A stretch of DNA of 64,000 bases, taken from Hormiphora californensis. Lineage: Eukaryota; Animalia; Ctenophora. The stretch's first letter is position 1. Each line of letters opens with the position of its first letter. The position numbers were made by a program, and so were the translations under genes. This document shows positions 59,419 to 64,000 of this stretch, piece after piece. The notes under the pieces are model-generated. The model did no database searches. It was not told the origin of the DNA and was given only the letters and a program-made list of their open reading frames with translations. The stretch lies in NCBI GenBank assembly GCA_020137815.1, contig CM035355.1:4712001-4776000 (forward strand), given 5' to 3'.

Positions 59419-61170
59419 AAACCTACTTGTTATCATAATTCCAGATCCGGACAGTTCGGTCAAGCGAGCATGTGGCCACGAGGGGTTTCCTGGTACACAC
59501 GTCCAGTCCAGTAATTTGGTCATAATGGAAGGGCTGAGAGAGGGCCTCGAACAGAGAGTGCTCTCCCTTGGAAATCTCAGCCCCGGTTAGGCCAATCGTA
59601 TAGAGCTGGTTGTTCCGGGTGCTAGGCAATGATCGTCTCCTCCGAGGGACTGATCGTCATGTGCATTATCTCATGGAGACCGCCCTGGATGGAAAATATG
59701 TTAACTAGTAACCAAGTAGGGAACCAAACCATCTTACAGAATTCCCTTTTTTATCATGATCGGAGGATCAGGTTGTAATAAATCGCCCTTCTCAGATTTT
59801 GACATACCTACTGAGTTTTCGCTTCTTCTTACACGCACCCTCCCCCTACCAAATTCATTACAGAGCTAATTTTACTAAACCTGTCAACGTGACACACGTA
59901 CAATCCAACTCCCTCGCTACCTACCTTCATGTTTGCGGTGCTCTGAGCGGAATCGGTGGAGAATGGGACACGGATTTCACGGGCCTTCTTGTACAACTCC
60001 CGCTCATCTGTTCTCTCGTACATGTAGACCACGCCATTTCCCTGCACTACACAGGAAGCCCTTGGAGTATTTTGTCAGGGCTAGAACTGGGAGCTGAATC
60101 TTGTTCTCGCTGGAATCACTCTGTCCCGCTGCTGTGTTCACCCTAAAAAAGGGATGATGATATAAGTGAATATAGTCCATTGTCTACCTACAGTTTCGCA
60201 ATAAAAGTAAAACAGATGTGAAGGAAAATAGGGAAAAAATATAAGAGCCGATTATATTATTGTTATTGCCCAAAAATTACACCAACCTCTCACGAGTGGT
60301 ACTGTCAGCGGTTGTGGGTCCTGCAACATTGAAGTCCCTCTTGTACTCCTGACCCTCAAAGAGGAGCATCCTCCCGGTATCGGTACCAACCACAATCCGA
60401 TCCTCGGAGAGCCACGTGTGGCATAGGAAGTTCTGGGGCTCAATCTTTTGGATGGGATTGGCTTTGAGTGTTCCCTCGTGGTACTTGTAGGTCTTGAAAA
60501 CGCCATTTCCCACAACACAAAACTGGGCATTGTCGTTGGGGTTGAATGACACCTGGTAATGGGGGATTGGGGTTAGATGGATGAGTTTTAGAAAATTATC
60601 GCAGAGTAAAAAAGCAGTTACTTAGTCAAAAGTCAGCAGTTAGTCAAAAGTCAGAAAAAGCAGTTAGTCAGAAGTGGGTGGGCGTATTTGACGGTTATTC
60701 ACCTGGTAGACTTCATTGCTGACATTGGTTGATGTTCTGATGGATGCCATGGCCTTTGATTTCTCCCAGGCCCAGTACAGAAGGGTCCAGTCAGGCCGGG
60801 CTCCTTGAGACACTAGATACTTGGAGTCCGGGGAAAATGCCAAACTCACATACTGCTGCGACTGGACATCTGTGGTCGTTAAAACTTTCTTCTTCCTCAA
60901 CGTTTGTAAATCGTAAATGGTAATGGTCGCCTTTTCGCCCTTCTCGGCAACCGCAATATATCGTTTGTTGGGCGTCAACGCCATGGCGGTCATACCACCG
61001 CTCTTATCATTGTTCGAGATGAACTTCTGTATCTTTGTCTCGATGTTGTACAGGACACAGTTAGATCCCGAAGGGTAGATGATACTCTGCTCATCCTGGA
61101 AGGCGACGTTGTTGGCGACGTCGCCCTTGAGGCCGAACACATGACGAAGGTTTGCTATCGCTATCGCCAT
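51777..61170 (-). CDS. CFAP57: Cilia- and flagella-associated protein 57 (WDR65), multi-exon, two apparent +1 frameshifts
   Basis: [23 protein letters not shown]40 exons ([27 protein letters not shown]; [27 protein letters not shown]), coiled coil [42 protein letters not shown]; shifts near 60040 and 59624. Confidence 0.92.
55668..58487 (+). CDS. Ankyrin-repeat TRP-type cation channel (TRPV/TRPA-like), intronless, nested
   Basis: Ankyrin repeats ([39 protein letters not shown]), AKWELYAR pre-S1, several hydrophobic helices, VGPFVV S4-S5 linker, [14 protein letters not shown]6 and [16 protein letters not shown]-box-like segment. Confidence 0.88.
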   Translation: MNGGDEEPPPLPPLQLPRRRGSRKPSDPKKKPKPQSAASTASSSSSGVFPPLKPTDMEKPPAEEEKKEEKKPTPEPPGPTLMKRQKDRVDRMINNFLDEAVDVIKKRDRFNQLNPDLDIETASLSSSSSSDHSYKVPNDTENSIYRYSPADRLRIIIEQNEEFILKRGKKERFKARLPVRDTSTLEGIIRNKFDFLCLKVQDQIEESVDTMDDVRLIVWRRMRNALTGMKEKAGKTALGNAFQIFGDIFTEMDTQRQPITEIPWHVSEDEEDPHAAFRYLDACAADQNIGMCMAQYQIIRYDESRLQNILDIVDPTERDDLGQTIVHLAVQYCNPNTLENMIDQGYEIADEDTFGYTPLFYAVIANNVSGLEVLIKNKANLSHRSRYLGRQAVHLAAQYGSFDCLKKILEYSPGDIDVPDDQGFTPIVIASYYSHSEISALLLEEGANPCIEDNLGVMGAMRIAYTMPTITREVFNQMVSEDIYQGERYYKLESMLGNSNDTNTSFYHYMIWLANMGLIEHPMFERLTAAKWELYARKVANMKLCAVGVYMSIWSILYVMPHSDFLRDDFHFGLYDGFYIIMLILSILAYAWRSRQNFSLLKQRYSYTTYLNELFDTTYQKELEHLHFKGKPLEIFLRRKYGATPITMWDDVKSSPAVLLDFMVDNMLLVYLILNFICSLVGNMKSDPNNFVSIDEEQRPRIGEHGFVTWVDIYGAISIMLVWVSGFFKLQITKNVGPFVVYMRYCGKDLSTIFTMFVALYIPAFCVFLKTSYRQDGWLNAMFMVLRMVLIDYDFDHGKNSTPVDLWWMLLSMGWIIVSSVIVLNLLIALMADSYTRIFETAELYARIERARFIMEFERTLPLKKLADYNDTIKAKYSPQIVTFDPVCDRDKVTVIEETVEALSKKFDKLEKYIDRKLLKELTTRLDNLDQSLTLYSIK
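59239..59417. repeat. (GACA)n microsatellite
   Basis: Tetranucleotide run in a CFAP57 intron. Confidence 0.95.
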
Positions 61171-61506
61171 CTTACATGCCCCGCCTATGTAGAGAGAGGG
61201 AGGTTGAGTTATGATTTGGTTTGGACTAGGGATTTCAAGTTGGGGAGAGGGAGGTTGAGTTATGATTTGGTTTGGACTAGGGAGTTCAAGTGAGGGGGGG
61301 GGGGGATGGGGGTAAAATAAACGACGAATCATCTTCTGTGTGTCATAAAATCTCTGTTGTTAATGATGGATCGAACACATGCACAGATCTTTCACACAGT
61401 TGATATCCTCTCTCTCTCGACACAACATATTCTCTCTCATTATATGGGGGATATAAAATCGTGTCTCTCTGTAACTTGAAACGTGCAATAGTAGGACCAC
61501 ACTCTG

Positions 61507-61520
61507 GTTGCCATGGCAGC
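61507..61520. promoter_or_regulatory. RFX X-box-like site upstream of CFAP57
   Basis: GTTGCCATGGCAGC versus consensus GTTNCCATGGNAAC, about 340 bp upstream of the ATG. Confidence 0.55.
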
Positions 61521-62003
61521 ATTATGATACGATTTTCTTTGTGAGTTGGAGGCTGTAGTAGTGGTATTAGTTCATTTTCTGAACAGGGTTTTTGAGAAAA
61601 CAAACCCTAAATAATTTATTATACGCCAACATATTTACACACGCACCTAACATTGATAGCTTGTACGAAAAACACATCACATAAGTGACACAAAAAAGGG
61701 GAGTGGGTATAAGTTGTAGACCGTCTACAAGAAATAGTAAACACTTATAAAAGATCAAATTTTAACGTTTAATATATCTTACCCTATCACGCGTGCCTAT
61801 TTACAATGCATCACTGACAATCTATTGTCTCTCTGTCCCAATATATAACAACTCAATATCTCATACCTCTCTCTATTTGAAAATAAATTGAAAAAGGGAG
61901 GGGTATGATGGGTGGGGGAGGGGATCAAAACCAGGCATCGCAAGCTCCAGTCTCACGCGACACCTATTGGTTTACTCTCTCTCCGATCTAGACAGCGAGA
62001 GAA

Positions 62004-62726
62004 TCAGTTGTTGACACAGGACTCGTAAGTGGGCACCATATATTTGATGTTAATAAACGCATCAGGACCTCCGTGAGTCTCGAACGCCTCCAAGGTCTCC
62101 TGAATCAGATCACCGATGTTTTCCCTCCTCTGTTGGCTGTAGTCAATTCCGTCGCCCTTGTTGATGTTGTGGTTCTTGAAGATGTTCAGGATGGGAAGGA
62201 TTTGCCTGTAGTAGGGAACGAGGGCCTCTCCGATGCAGTTGGCTGACACTACAAGGTGCTGGAGGATCTTGAGGGTGGTGCACACACTGGACCTTTTCCT
62301 TGTGTTCAGGGCATTCTTGATGGGGATGATCAGCTGAGGGATGACGGGAAGAACCTTGTGGGAACCGTGCTCCAGCATGTCATGGACTCCTTGTCGGGAG
62401 AAGAACTCATATGGGTGGACTGTTTCACAAAGACCGTCAAAGAAGAGCGGCAGGTAGTGATGGAAATCAAGCTTCTCAATTTCAACTTTCCAGGCGATCT
62501 TGTTTCCCTTTGTGTCATGTTCCAGCTGAATGGGGAAGTCTCCTCGTTCGTAGAATTTCCTGAACGAGGTTGCCTTGGCAGGCCTCTCTTTGAAGGCCAT
62601 GGCACTGGGTGGTCCCCTCACTTTCACATTCTTCATTCCAGCTTTGAGTGTGAAACCTTCAGCCTCCTCATCAGTTTTCTTTTTTCGGATGACTCGATCA
62701 GCGGGCATAAGAACTTTGGAAGCCAT
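62004..62726 (-). CDS. PACRG: Parkin co-regulated gene protein (axonemal inner junction), intronless
   Basis: [75 protein letters not shown]; likely start MASKVL at 62726. Confidence 0.96.
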   Translation of the reverse strand: MASKVLMPADRVIRKKKTDEEAEGFTLKAGMKNVKVRGPPSAMAFKERPAKATSFRKFYERGDFPIQLEHDTKGNKIAWKVEIEKLDFHHYLPLFFDGLCETVHPYEFFSRQGVHDMLEHGSHKVLPVIPQLIIPIKNALNTRKRSSVCTTLKILQHLVVSANCIGEALVPYYRQILPILNIFKNHNINKGDGIDYSQQRRENIGDLIQETLEAFETHGGPDAFINIKYMVPTYESCVNN

Positions 62727-63015
62727 ACTGATACTAAAACTAAACAATAAATTTAAGTTTGGAAGTGCATAAAATCAAAACTGGTTAACAGTGCAATCAA
62801 AGATGTACACCACAATTCTTCAAACAACAATATCCTAGAGTCGGGAGTTCAAACGATAATCTGCGGAATTCAAAAATAGGCTTCACAAAATATAAAAAGG
62901 CTACAAAAGATACCGGATATGATTTTAGTACAAACTAAAACCACACGCCCGTGTTGACAACAAGAATTGCAGAAAGAACGAGGACAATAAGTGCATGTTA
63001 GTAGCAGTAATTGGC

Positions 63016-63029
63016 GTTGTCATGACGGC
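63016..63029. promoter_or_regulatory. RFX X-box-like site in the PACRG/LicD divergent promoter
   Basis: GTTGTCATGACGGC about 290 bp upstream of the PACRG ATG, next to CGCG-rich sequence. Confidence 0.4.
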
Positions 63030-63351
63030 GTTCTTCTGCGTATCAGTCCGAAGATGATCAAAATTCAGAAAGCTTGCGGAGTGAAGAATGATCAACACGC
63101 GCGGCAACGCAACTTGAATTTTACTCGCGCGCCCAGACTCGATGAAATTTTCGGAAATTTTGTGAAACTGAAACTGAGCAGAGTTGTTGTTTTTTATTTT
63201 TCGGAAAGTTACCGTGTTTTTTAAATTTCTTGGTCTCGCGAGGTTTGAGCCGACACTGGATGTCTTAATGACCTTATTGGAGACAACGTAGAATGTATCT
63301 CTTGAATGTTAACGGAATTCAACTCTCTTTTAGGGTCTTCCTCCCGGGGCC

Positions 63352-64000
63352 ATGAGCCTGGACGTTTCTGACGACGAGAGTGGTGATCTCGGGTGCCTCT
63401 TTGATGGTCTAGAGATTGATGTTCATGATGCTCCTTCGGTAATGATATCGGCGGATGAAGTGCAATCATACTTTATCTCAGATACTCAATCAAACGAGCT
63501 GTATGAGCTGCTGGATTGTGTCCACCAAATTTTCCAGCATTTTGGTATCACATATTGGCTGACTGGAGGCTCTATGATCGGTCTCAAGAGACACGGTGGT
63601 ATAATCCCTTGGGATGATGATATCGATGTGTGTTGTTTTTGGAGTGACCGAGATAAAATCCTAAGTGCCGAAGTTGTGGAGACTTTCCAAGCCAATGGAA
63701 CTTTTATCGAAGAAGATAGCTCATTCGATATCGATTCTCCAACTCTCCTCAAAGTGTTCCGAAACTTTGCCGCCAGCAAAGCCAAGAAATGTGGAAAGGT
63801 TCCGTACCCATTCCTGGATATATTCTTTGTCCTTCCCCCTGACAACTTGGACATGGTTCTCTTTATGAGTGGTGAATATAACCACCGTATCTATACGGAC
63901 GAGTTGTATCCTTTACAGGAGGTTAAGTTCGGTCCGGTTAGGGCCATGGTACCCCATAATGGATTGCCTCAACTAGAACGGGGCTACGGGAAGGATTGGG
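63352..64000 (+). CDS. LicD-family phosphotransferase (fukutin/FKRP-related), runs off the window
   Basis: Open frame from ATG 63352: GITYWLTGGSMIGLKRHGGIIPWDDDIDV, YPFLDIF, ELYPLQEVKFGP..VPHN...LERGYGKDW. Confidence 0.88.
   Translation, partial: MSLDVSDDESGDLGCLFDGLEIDVHDAPSVMISADEVQSYFISDTQSNELYELLDCVHQIFQHFGITYWLTGGSMIGLKRHGGIIPWDDDIDVCCFWSDRDKILSAEVVETFQANGTFIEEDSSFDIDSPTLLKVFRNFAASKAKKCGKVPYPFLDIFFVLPPDNLDMVLFMSGEYNHRIYTDELYPLQEVKFGPVRAMVPHNGLPQLERGYGKDW

Overview
Eukaryotic (animal) genomic DNA with intron-containing genes, not a prokaryote. It is most likely a ctenophore of the Pleurobrachia type; that call rests on my recollection of the repeat at 17792-17881, not on a search. Minus-strand genes reconstructed by eye: a SEC14L1-like PRELI/CRAL-TRIO/GOLD gene (2821-24064), eIF3b (24883-29080), CFAP57/WDR65 (51777-61170) and PACRG (62004-62726). 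Plus strand: a frameshifted KNL1-like fragment (705-1874); a tightly packed co-oriented run of seven genes (TK1, BOP1, a U1-type zinc-finger gene, METTL16, TIM10, PDCD2L, NCAPG; 31447-51059); an intronless ankyrin-TRP channel nested antisense in a CFAP57 intron; and a LicD-family gene running off the right edge. One 6.7-kb SEC14L1 intron holds a nest of elements: a THAP ORF, a 1.46-kb Chapaev-like foldback, a Penelope-like retroelement with two hammerhead-bearing pLTR copies, and a TTAA (Kolobok-like) foldback MITE. Most notable: (1) the operon-like growth-gene cluster with an AG acceptor just ahead of every ATG; (2) promoter-type motifs embedded in coding loops of those genes, a competing model; (3) U3-A8 variant minimal hammerheads; (4) two transposons inserted exactly at 3' splice sites whose target duplications regenerate the acceptor; (5) mirrored substitutions in MITE arms. 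Several single-base frameshifts in conserved genes are probably consensus errors. No database searches were run.
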